In this document: positions 41,869 through 49,994 of the stretch, piece after piece
Layout of the letters: each line of letters opens with the position of its first letter
Position numbering within the stretch: the first letter of the stretch is position 1
Assembly: GCA_964343385.1 (NCBI GenBank)
Contig: CAYFJH010000001.1
Span: forward strand, 1 to 63,088
Source of the DNA: an uncultured Novosphingobium sp.
GTDB taxonomy: Bacteria; Pseudomonadota; Alphaproteobacteria; Sphingomonadales; Sphingomonadaceae
Reading direction: 5' to 3'
Length of the DNA: 63,088 nucleotides
Notes under the pieces: model-generated
What the model was told of the DNA's origin: nothing
What the model saw: the letters and a program-made list of their open reading frames with translations, nothing else
The model's database searches: none
Made by a program: the position numbers and the translations under genes

Positions 41869-42294
41869 TCAATCGGGTGTTATCATCACTTCGGGATGAG
41901 CATCGGGATCGGGTATGTCGAGGCCGTCCTCGTCAGTCAGCGGCACCCCGGTGACGCAGACATCGCCATCGTCGATAATAAGATCGATCGCGGTCAGCCG
42001 CTGGCCCTGGCAAGGCCCGATGAAGCAATGGCCGGTGTCGAGATCGAACATCGCCTTGTGCTTGCCGCATGCGATGAAGTTGCCTTCCTCGTCCATCAAT
42101 TCGCCGGGCACCACATCGAGACGGGTTCCGCCGTGCGGGCAGACGTTCTCGTAGCCGTAGATGCGCCCGCCCTTGCGTGTAATCATGATATGCCACGGGT
42201 CGTTGCCCTGGGCGCCCACACGCGCCAGAGTGAAGGCACGCACCTCCTCCTCTTGCACGTCGCGAACTTCGCAAATGACGAACAGTTCATCCAT
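41869..42294 (-). CDS. Rieske [2Fe-2S] ferredoxin (paralog of 28477)
   Basis: YENVCPH, CGKH.A.FD, GPC.G. Confidence 0.88.
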   Translation of the reverse strand: MDELFVICEVRDVQEEEVRAFTLARVGAQGNDPWHIMITRKGGRIYGYENVCPHGGTRLDVVPGELMDEEGNFIACGKHKAMFDLDTGHCFIGPCQGQRLTAIDLIIDDGDVCVTGVPLTDEDGLDIPDPDAHPEVMITPD

Positions 42295-42357
42295 GCCGTG
42301 TCTCCTGCCGATACCTGCCTTTGTCAAAGCAAGGGCTGTGCCATGCGCGGGGCGGTA

Positions 42358-43938
42358 TCAGGGACGAGCGCGGGCTTCGTCCCGGCAGCGGATGCCGTAG
42401 GCAGGGCTGGTCGCAATCCGCGGATCGCCAAGCGCCTTGCCGATGGTGAAATGATAGAGCGCCTGAATCCCATCATCGCGCAGGCCGAGAAGGCGGTGTA
42501 TCTCATCATCCAGGAAGCAGCCGATGCCGGTGCCCGCAAGCCCTGCCGCCGCCGCCTCCAGATAAAGCTCCTGGCCGAGCAGCCCGGCCTGCCAGTGCTG
42601 AGCGCGATAGGCGGCCGGATCGGCATCGATCAAAGGCGCAAAATCGCTGAGCAGACTGAAAGTGACGCAGCCGTCCACAGCGATCGCCTGATGGCAGGTC
42701 AACGCGTGGATCATCTTGCGGCAATCGGCCGCCGCAAGGTGGTGAAGCGGGATGTCGGCAGGAAATCCGGCGATCGGCCTCCAGCTAAAATCGGGATCAA
42801 GCGCCCCCGCTAGGTCTGCTTCGGCTTCGGGACGCGAAAGCGCATAGATTCCGCGATCAAGCCCTTCGACGGCATGGACATAAGCGACCAGATGGAGGCC
42901 ACTCGTTCGACCAGGTCGCACGGCATCCAGAATTCGGACGAATACGGAGAACGGCATCTTATAGGCTCGATCATAACGCTGGGCGCTGCGTCGGCCAAGA
43001 ATGGTGGCCACGGCGCAAGCCTCAGGCGCGGGGAACGCCGGGGCTGGACGATCAATTGCCAAGTGCCGCCTGGCATCACCCATGCTGCGACTGGCAATTG
43101 CCACATCGTCGATCAACGGCCAGTGGTACATCGGATGCGGATCGAGCCGACTTGGCCAACCATGCCATTGCATGGACCCGGCGCGAACCGGCAATGTTCC
43201 GCGCGCAGAAAACTCTGCCAACGGATCAACCGCCAGCAACAGTTCCGCCTCTTCGCGCTCCACCCCGGCGAAGGTTGCCTGTTGATCCGTTCCCAACAGG
43301 TCGGCAAGGCTGGGATGGTCCATCCCAACAACAGTCAAACGCCAGCCTAGCACTGCCGCTGCGGCACGCAACGCGCCCAGCGCATGGCCGATGTCGAGCT
43401 GGCAATAGCGGAACGCGCGCTCACCGTATTTCCACGCTTCGCGCCACAGCACCGACGAAAGCCCGATCCACAGTCCGCTATCGGCAAAATCGGTAGCGCA
43501 GCGCCGCTCCAGCGCGTGGGCACGGCTATCGTAATGATGCACACCATTGGCAAGGGCGGGCACACCGCTTGCCAGCACATAGATTTCGGTCGGGTGAAGA
43601 TTGCCGCTCGATGGATTGCACCGCATGGCCCAGCGATCAGGCCCCGATTCCTTCCAGGCTGACAGGCCGAATGACAGCTCCAGCAACGCCGCCACCCCTG
43701 CCAATCCGAACGGCACGGGATCGACCGCCGCCTGCCCCGTCAACACCGCATAAGGGCATTGCAGCGTGTCCGATACCAGCGGCAGCGCCACGCGCGCGCA
43801 GCCGTCCCAATGCCGCCACGGATCGGGCTGGGCATCCCAGTCGAGTGTTTCCGGCCCGCGTGCATAGCCATCGGTGCGATGCTTCGTGCGCTCGTGATAG
43901 ACAAGAATTTCGGTGCCGGCGGCTTCAGTGGTCAACAT
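42358..43938 (-). CDS. SagB/ThcOx-like tandem nitroreductase
   Basis: YHERTKH, RCNPSSGNLHPTE, WKYGERAFRY, RRSA, GTGIGCFLDD. Confidence 0.85.
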   Translation of the reverse strand: MLTTEAAGTEILVYHERTKHRTDGYARGPETLDWDAQPDPWRHWDGCARVALPLVSDTLQCPYAVLTGQAAVDPVPFGLAGVAALLELSFGLSAWKESGPDRWAMRCNPSSGNLHPTEIYVLASGVPALANGVHHYDSRAHALERRCATDFADSGLWIGLSSVLWREAWKYGERAFRYCQLDIGHALGALRAAAAVLGWRLTVVGMDHPSLADLLGTDQQATFAGVEREEAELLLAVDPLAEFSARGTLPVRAGSMQWHGWPSRLDPHPMYHWPLIDDVAIASRSMGDARRHLAIDRPAPAFPAPEACAVATILGRRSAQRYDRAYKMPFSVFVRILDAVRPGRTSGLHLVAYVHAVEGLDRGIYALSRPEAEADLAGALDPDFSWRPIAGFPADIPLHHLAAADCRKMIHALTCHQAIAVDGCVTFSLLSDFAPLIDADPAAYRAQHWQAGLLGQELYLEAAAAGLAGTGIGCFLDDEIHRLLGLRDDGIQALYHFTIGKALGDPRIATSPAYGIRCRDEARARP

Positions 43939-43950
43939 GCCCGAAAGACA

Positions 43951-44125
43951 AACACGTTTCGTGCCAGCTCGCTTTGCACGGTTCTTGCGTCGCTCCGCAG
44001 GTTACCAGAAGGAGGCGGCGCGTGTTCGAATTCGAGGCCACAGTTAAGTCACGCACCGGGTTTTTGGCAGGTGATGTCGTGTTCACGCCGAGCCAGCATC
44101 TGAAAATCCTGTCGGTATTGCGACA
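43951..44125 (-). promoter_or_regulatory. NifA UAS plus degenerate sigma54 promoter of nitroreductase operon
   Basis: TGT-N10-ACA at 44110-44125; minus TGGCAC-gaaac-GTGTT at 43951-43966. Confidence 0.45.
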
Positions 44126-44167
44126 TGGTGCGACACGGGTGCCTGCCAAGCCAGGGCAGAAGCGCTG

Positions 44168-44806
44168 ATGGCCAACATGTGTCTCTATATGGCGCCCGGC
44201 TCATGCTCGACCGCGATCCACATCATCCTTGAGGAACTGGACGAGGCTTTCGAGGCATTCATCGTCAACATTCCCGCAGGTGAAAACCGGCGCCCCGCCT
44301 ATCTCGCCATCAATCCGCGCGGCACGATCCCCAGCCTTCGTCTGAAGGACGGCAGCGTGCTGACCGAACTGGTTGCAATGGCTGAGTGGCTTGGGCGCAA
44401 CTGTCGCCGCGGCAGTCTCTGGCCAACCGATCCACTGTTGCAGGCCCGCGCATTCACGATCATGGGCCACGTTACGCTGGTGATCCATGGCGAAGGCTTC
44501 GCGCGCGTCTTCGTTGCCGATGCGTTCAGCCGACAGGGGCCCGAAAGCCAGATCGTGCGGCAGGGCAAGGCCTTCGCAGCACAAGGACTGGAGGAAGTGT
44601 GCGAGATGATGACCCGCGAAGGCTATGCCCTCGGCGTGTTCAGCGTGGTAGATCCGGTGCTGTTCTACGTCTGCTTCTGGGCGGACAAGACCGGGGTGCC
44701 GCTGCCACCCCGGCTCATGGAACACTATCGCCTGATGCTGGCCCGTCCGGCTGTGGACCGCGTGCTGCGCGAGGAAGGCTATAACCCCGCCAAGCTGGGC
44801 CTTTAG
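44168..44806 (+). CDS. glutathione S-transferase
   Basis: LY..PGSCS..HI.LEE, INP.G.IP.L, LTE..A. Confidence 0.9.
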   Translation: MANMCLYMAPGSCSTAIHIILEELDEAFEAFIVNIPAGENRRPAYLAINPRGTIPSLRLKDGSVLTELVAMAEWLGRNCRRGSLWPTDPLLQARAFTIMGHVTLVIHGEGFARVFVADAFSRQGPESQIVRQGKAFAAQGLEEVCEMMTREGYALGVFSVVDPVLFYVCFWADKTGVPLPPRLMEHYRLMLARPAVDRVLREEGYNPAKLGL

Positions 44807-45135
44807 GCTGGGGTCGCCGTCAGCGCCGCAACGGCCGCCACCGCTTCGAACAGTTCCAGCCTGGGTGGCCCGGCATACAGTCCGCGCGTTCCGCCCGCAT
44901 TCGCGTGCGCCATGCGGAATGACTCGGACTTCGTCCACGCCTCGAAATCGGCGCGGCTTTGCCAGACTGTGTGCGAGGCAAACAGCGTGGTCCCATCGTC
45001 CGAAGCGCCGCGAAGCAGGTGGAAGATGACGAAGCCCGGCACTTCCTTGAGGTAGGAATTGCGCCCGCTCCACACTGCCTCGAAAGCTTCTTCCTGGCCG
45101 CGCAGCACCGGGAAGCGGTTCATGGCAACGAACAT
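44803..45135 (-). CDS. ABM-family monooxygenase, IsdG/HmuQ-like heme oxygenase
   Basis: MFVAMNRF, PGF..FHLL, W.S..F..W..S..F..AH (Asn/Trp/His). Confidence 0.8.
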   Translation of the reverse strand: MFVAMNRFPVLRGQEEAFEAVWSGRNSYLKEVPGFVIFHLLRGASDDGTTLFASHTVWQSRADFEAWTKSESFRMAHANAGGTRGLYAGPPRLELFEAVAAVAALTATPA

Positions 45136-45149
45136 GGCAAATTCTCCTG

Positions 45150-46844
45150 TCAGGCGGCGATGATATCCATGCCGCGAAAAATCGAACACCGCTGGAACAC
45201 ATCGAGCGAAGGTGCGGTGCGCTTGTGGCTGCAATACTTGGCGACCAGCTTGGCCAGACCCTTGATATCCCGCCCGGAAGCCTGCGGGAACACGTCGACC
45301 AGCCTATCGAGAACCACATCGTCCACCACGAGACCGAACTGTTCGACCATTACTTGCCAGATGCGCCGACGACCTTCCTGGTCGGGCGGGCTGTACTTGA
45401 TCAATGCGATACAGCGCGAAACAATCGCCTCGTCGATGTCGTCCACGCGGTTGGTTGTCAGGAACAGCAGTCCGTTGAAGTATTCCAGCACGCGCAGGAA
45501 CACGCCGACCACCGCGTTCATCGTCATATTGTCGTCGCGGCGCTTGATGTATACATCGGCCTCGTCGATCAGCATGACCGCACCCCAGCGCTGCGCACGC
45601 GTCAGCACATCCTTTAGCGCGATTTCCATCTGGGCCACATTCAGGCCAAGCTGGCCGGAATGCACACGATACAGCGGGCGGCGGATAATCTCGGAATAGA
45701 CCTCGGCGGTCAGTGTCTTGCCCACCCCCGGCGGTCCGGCACAAAGCACCGTGGTCCCGCCTGACTTGCCCTCGACGATGTCATCCATCAACACGTCCAT
45801 CTCTGCCGTCAGGATGTCGATCAGGTCGGTCTGTTCGGGCGGCAGGACCAGCTTTTCCTTTAGCCCCGGCTGGTAGGCATAAGGCTCCATGTCGTCCACA
45901 TGCACCCAAACGTAGTGGTGCAGATCAAGGTGGAACATCAGCACGAAGGCGTGGACCGGGATCGCGGTGAACATGGTGGCCGGGATCTGCTCCGCCAGCG
46001 CCTTTACCTCATCCTCGTTGTCGTACTGGTTGCTCTTGGCCGCGCGGCGCAAATAGGCGGAAACGATCTCGCCCGGCACGTCCAGCGTGAGCGCGCGTTC
46101 AGTCAGAATGCCTTCGTCATTGACCAGCCGCGCCCTGCCGCCACTGGCCGAGAGCACCACCACATCCTTGCGCGCCCAGTCCGTATCGCGGCGCAAAGAT
46201 GTGGGGTCTTCAGCATAGAACGCACGGCCACCGGCCGAGAACTGCTCACCATAGCGGCCGCGCCATTCGAAATAGCGCGCGGCAGTGGCGTCATATGCGA
46301 AAATCAGCTCCGGCGTCTCTTTCAGCAAGCCTTTGGCGACGATGACCTCGCCCATCGTCCTGCCGTCGATGTCGCTGCCGGTAACGCGGATGACGTTTGT
46401 TATCAGGCTGCCCTTGGCGTTGGCCTTGATCTCCACAAAGACCTTGCCCGATTCCTCGTTGTTGGTGGGCGTGTAATCAATCCGGGTCAGAACATAGGGC
46501 AGCGGCCGACGCGACACATCGGCGCTGAACACCCAGCCCCGGATACCGCCAGCCAGCAGGTAGCGCAGTAGCGCCGGCAGAAAATCCTCTAGGTCATTGG
46601 CGGTAAACCGCCGCCCGCCCTCGTCCAGCACAGCCCGGAGTGTCGCCAGTTGTGCCGCGCGCAGTTGCATCTCCGGACCACCCGCACGGAATAGCGTGCC
46701 GAGGTGTCCGGCCTGTTCCGACGTCAGTTGCGCAACCGGCACCTCGGCACGGTCGCCAAACCGCAATTGATCCTGCAAGCTCGCAAGCTCCGGCCATCGT
46801 CCGACCATGGCATCAAGGTAGGCACGCTCGATCATCAGCTTCAT
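45150..46844 (-). CDS. AAA+ ATPase with uncharacterised N-terminal domain
   Basis: Walker A GPPGVGKT, Walker B LIDEAD, FLTTNR, SRC. Confidence 0.9.
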   Translation of the reverse strand: MKLMIERAYLDAMVGRWPELASLQDQLRFGDRAEVPVAQLTSEQAGHLGTLFRAGGPEMQLRAAQLATLRAVLDEGGRRFTANDLEDFLPALLRYLLAGGIRGWVFSADVSRRPLPYVLTRIDYTPTNNEESGKVFVEIKANAKGSLITNVIRVTGSDIDGRTMGEVIVAKGLLKETPELIFAYDATAARYFEWRGRYGEQFSAGGRAFYAEDPTSLRRDTDWARKDVVVLSASGGRARLVNDEGILTERALTLDVPGEIVSAYLRRAAKSNQYDNEDEVKALAEQIPATMFTAIPVHAFVLMFHLDLHHYVWVHVDDMEPYAYQPGLKEKLVLPPEQTDLIDILTAEMDVLMDDIVEGKSGGTTVLCAGPPGVGKTLTAEVYSEIIRRPLYRVHSGQLGLNVAQMEIALKDVLTRAQRWGAVMLIDEADVYIKRRDDNMTMNAVVGVFLRVLEYFNGLLFLTTNRVDDIDEAIVSRCIALIKYSPPDQEGRRRIWQVMVEQFGLVVDDVVLDRLVDVFPQASGRDIKGLAKLVAKYCSHKRTAPSLDVFQRCSIFRGMDIIAA

Positions 46845-47332
46845 GCGACGGCCTCCGCCACAATGCCTTCGGCCAGCGCGGCGATCACCGGCCATCCGAC
46901 GGCACCGGCCGGATCGACGCGGCGCAAGACTGCCAGCTTGGCGTCTGCATCACCCGGACGATTGTCGCGCAAGGCGATGAAGGCCAGTGCTTTCAGCGTA
47001 TAGAGCGCAAATCGGGCCGGGCCTTCGGCTACCCCCTGCCCGGTCGACCAGTATTGCCAGTCGGAAGCCCATCCTGACTGGCATGCGGCTTCCGCCATGC
47101 CGGCAAGTGCGACAGCACGCGCATCTACCAGTCGGCCCTGATATGTGTGGATCTTGTACAGGCACAGATATGCCGGCAACGCCGCAGGATCGAGCGTGAG
47201 CGCATGCCGAAACAATCCATCCGCGCGCAACCGATCGCTGCGATAGGCCCGAATGCCCTGCTGCAGCAGGTCATTGACGGGCGCGGGCAGATCACCGAAA
47301 TTTATATCCTCGAATGGCGTATCGCTCCGCAC
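46841..47332 (-). CDS. helical TPR-like protein (distant paralog of 12376)
   Basis: RBS GAGGAG plus GTG; LYKIHTYQG, ARFALYTLKALAF, VDP.G.VG. Confidence 0.7.
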   Translation of the reverse strand: MRSDTPFEDINFGDLPAPVNDLLQQGIRAYRSDRLRADGLFRHALTLDPAALPAYLCLYKIHTYQGRLVDARAVALAGMAEAACQSGWASDWQYWSTGQGVAEGPARFALYTLKALAFIALRDNRPGDADAKLAVLRRVDPAGAVGWPVIAALAEGIVAEAVA

Positions 47333-47356
47333 GGCAATCTCCTCTGCAAAACGAGA

Positions 47357-47495
47357 AGCAAGGATCGAACCAAACCGGCGCGCAATCTTCCGCACACAAT
47401 ATTATACTGCAATTTCATCGCCATATTCAGCGCACATTGCACTCCACTGTCCGATGCTCGATGCTCGACCGACGCATCATGTCTCATGTCGGACA
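47357..47495 (-). promoter_or_regulatory. sigma54 promoter plus NifA UAS
   Basis: Minus TGGTTC-gatcc-TTGCT at 47357-47372; TGT-N10-ACA at 47480-47495. Confidence 0.75.
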
Positions 47496-47559
47496 TGCAA
47501 ATTTCCGCCACATGCGTTATCGGCGCAGCGCGCTCAATTCATCACGCGCTGGATATGCA

Positions 47560-47855
47560 AGGCGTACGAGAGGACGCCCGATGCCGCATACCCTTCCTTA
47601 CTGTCGAGTTCGAGCAGGTAGCGTGACCTTCGGCCACCGGCACGGTCGGGTGAGCAACCGGATCGCCGAACAGCGCGGCGAAGCCTTCGTGGCGCGCATC
47701 ATCCCGGCCCTTCTGGCCCCGAAAGAACACCCACTTGTGGCGCGCGCCGGCATCCTTGATCGCCTGCACGGTGGCACCATCAAGATCGCCGGAAAGTGTC
47801 ACGCCCCGGATTTCGGCGCCGATGCTGCCGGTCACTGGAACGATATCGAGCGGAG
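47560..47855 (-). pseudogene. TauD/alkylsulfatase dioxygenase N-terminal fragment
   Basis: PVTGSIGAEIRGV.L..RHK.VFFRGQ..AHPT, then frameshift and truncation. Confidence 0.75.
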
Positions 47856-48184
47856 AATTGGCCGATGGCGTCGGACGGGAAGAACAGCATCGCCGCACCG
47901 ATGGTGAACAGCACGCCACCGCCCGCGATCCATGGTCGCCGTCTCCCGAAGCGGCTGCGCGTGCGATCGCTGAGGGTGCCGACGACAGGCTCAAGAAAGC
48001 CGTTCAGCAATTGCCCGGCCAGGTACAGTGTGCCGACAAGCGCGAGCGACAGCCCGAAATCGCGTGACAGGATTGCGGGCAGCCAGGCTATGACCGGCTG
48101 GACCGCCGCCGTTACCGGCAGATAGATCGCACCCTGGCGGACAAGCCGGGCGGTCGAAGGCGAGGTTGCGGTGGTTGCTGTCAT
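47856..48184 (-). pseudogene. MFS (GPH-type) transporter N-terminal fragment
   Basis: P.VG.LSDRTRSRFGRRRPWI; truncated after about 4 TM segments. Confidence 0.75.
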
Positions 48185-48194
48185 CGGTTCATGC

Positions 48195-48380
48195 TCACAG
48201 CCGGGTCCGCAAGGTCACACCGAATGTGCGCGGCTCGCCCGTCTGGGCTGTGACCACGCCGGTGTTCGCGGCGGAAAGGTTGAGGAAGCGGTCTCATCGA
48301 ACAGGTTGCGCGCCCAGATCGAGAGGTCCCACAGGCCATCGTCGGTCTTCAGCCCGATGCGCGCGTTGGCGATGCCGACG
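48195..48380 (-). pseudogene. TonB-dependent receptor C-terminal fragment
   Basis: ANARIGL..WDLSIWARNLFDE, frameshift, then GEPRTFGVTLRTRL-stop. Confidence 0.75.
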
Positions 48381-48407
48381 CGCCAAACGCCGAAATATGA
48401 TATATCG

Positions 48408-48421
48408 ACTGGTCAGACGGT
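48408..48421. promoter_or_regulatory. repeated operator, degenerate copy
   Basis: ACTG-gtcaga-CGGT; related to the copies at 49858, 49910, 58806 and 58895. Confidence 0.4.
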
Positions 48422-48468
48422 TGGGTATTTGTTATCCAGCAGGATCGTCAGCGCGCGGAGCCCGAACA

Positions 48469-48894
48469 ATGCCAATTCCATCTGCCGAGGTGCACAGTCA
48501 GGTCGGGCGCGTCCTGAGTGCCTATGCCCACGCGATAGACGATGGAGACGTAGACGCCGTTCTCAATCTGATGAGCGAAGATGCGGTCGTTTCCTATGAT
48601 GGCGGCACATATGTGCGGACCGGACACGCGGAAATCCGGGCGTTCCTTGCCCAAGCCCTCGTCGGCGCATCAACGCATCTCATTTCAAACCTGCTCGTCG
48701 AGCAGGACAAGGACGTAGTGCATGCAAAAGCATCGGCCATCGTCTGTATCACGCGTGAGCCTGGCACGGTCAAAGTGCGGGGCGTCAGCTATGACGCACG
48801 CATGATCCAGCGTTCGGACGCCTGGGCAATCACTTCACTGAATCACAAATCGACATGGCAATTTTCTGTTCCCGCAGCGCCATGCGATCAATAG
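48469..48894 (+). CDS. SnoaL/NTF2-like protein
   Basis: YAHAIDDGD..EDAV..G.AEIR..THLISN..Y.....R...W.I. Confidence 0.85.
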   Translation: MPIPSAEVHSQVGRVLSAYAHAIDDGDVDAVLNLMSEDAVVSYDGGTYVRTGHAEIRAFLAQALVGASTHLISNLLVEQDKDVVHAKASAIVCITREPGTVKVRGVSYDARMIQRSDAWAITSLNHKSTWQFSVPAAPCDQ

Positions 48895-48921
48895 TCTGTT
48901 ATTATTACAAGGAGTTATTCA

Positions 48922-49701
48922 ATGGGACGTCTTATCGGCAAAGCTGGGCTGATCACGGCTGCAGCTTCGGGAATGGGGCGCGCGGGCGCACTGCGCTTCG
49001 CGGCGGAGGGCGCGAAGGTCGCGGTGGTGGATCGGGATGCGCAAAAGGCGGATGAGACCGTCGAAGCCATCCTCGCGGAGGGCGGCACAGCATTTGCAAT
49101 TGCCGGCGACCTGACCGACGACGCATTCGCCAGGTCCATCGTCGAGCAGACCATCGCGCGGTTCGGCGCGTTGAACTATGTCTGGAACCATGCTGGCCAC
49201 CCGGGGCCATCTGCCTTCGAAGATGTCGACATGGCAATGTACGAGTTGGCGATGGACCTCAACATACGTGTGCCGACCGTGGTTGCCGGCGAAGCAATTA
49301 AGCATATGCGCCAAAATGGCGGCGGCAGCATCGTCTTCACCGCATCGGGTTCCGGCATCATCGCGTCGCCTTTCAGCCCGATCTATTCGGCCGCAAAGTT
49401 CGGTGTGGTCGGGCTGACCCGTGCGCTCGCCAAGCGCTATGGCAAGGAAAATATCCGATGCAACAGCGTCTGCCCTGGCGCTGTCGATACGCCCATGCTT
49501 CGCGAATTCCAGCAGCGGCCAGACGCCCCCAAGACAGGGATCGACGTGGAGGAGACAATCGCGAAGTTCGGTTCGATGAATCCGATGGGGCGCAATGGAA
49601 GGCCGGAAGAGATTGCCGCAGCGGCCCTGTTCCTCGTTTCGGATGACGCATCCTATGTCAACGGCGCAACATTGGCCGTCGATGGCGGCATGACCGCTTG
49701 A
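48922..49701 (+). CDS. short-chain dehydrogenase/reductase
   Basis: TAAASGMG, NHAG, YSAAK, VDGG. Confidence 0.92.
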   Translation: MGRLIGKAGLITAAASGMGRAGALRFAAEGAKVAVVDRDAQKADETVEAILAEGGTAFAIAGDLTDDAFARSIVEQTIARFGALNYVWNHAGHPGPSAFEDVDMAMYELAMDLNIRVPTVVAGEAIKHMRQNGGGSIVFTASGSGIIASPFSPIYSAAKFGVVGLTRALAKRYGKENIRCNSVCPGAVDTPMLREFQQRPDAPKTGIDVEETIAKFGSMNPMGRNGRPEEIAAAALFLVSDDASYVNGATLAVDGGMTA

Positions 49702-49716
49702 TTTTCACTAAGTGAC

Positions 49717-49760
49717 GAAGCGGGAGGCGGTGACACTATCACCGCCTCCCGCTTTCGTTT
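49717..49760 (+). terminator. rho-independent terminator
   Basis: 16-bp stem AAGCGGGAGGCGGTGA/TCACCGCCTCCCGCTT plus T-rich tail. Confidence 0.8.
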
Positions 49761-49857
49761 CCGCTGCCTGACGCTTCTTCCGGGACATGGCTCCTGACCA
49801 GCCAGCGCACTCCATCGCCCCCCCCAAACCATTCCCACCTCGATTTATAAATGGCCG

Positions 49858-49923
49858 ACCGCTTGTTCGGTTGAATTTTGTTTGACAGGCGTGCGCAGGC
49901 CTTAATATAACCGATCGGTCGGT
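49858..49923. promoter_or_regulatory. two ACCG-N6-CGGT operators in the TonB receptor promoter
   Basis: ACCGCTTGTTCGGT 49858-49871 and ACCGATCGGTCGGT 49910-49923, flanking TTGACA..TATAA-like elements. Confidence 0.6.
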
Positions 49924-49994
49924 CGGGCATTTCTCGACTCCAGTGCGGCAAAGAACAGGCGCCTGACCCAAAAATACAACCGGAGGGGAGAAAA

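Noticed and set aside
42358..43938. RiPP (azole peptide) biosynthetic cluster
   Set aside because: No YcaO/E1-like gene, precursor peptide or exporter in the window
43974..43989. Plus-strand sigma54 promoter for GST (TTGCAC-N5-TTGCG)
   Set aside because: Lacks the GG dinucleotide, and the nearest UAS lies downstream of it; too weak to call
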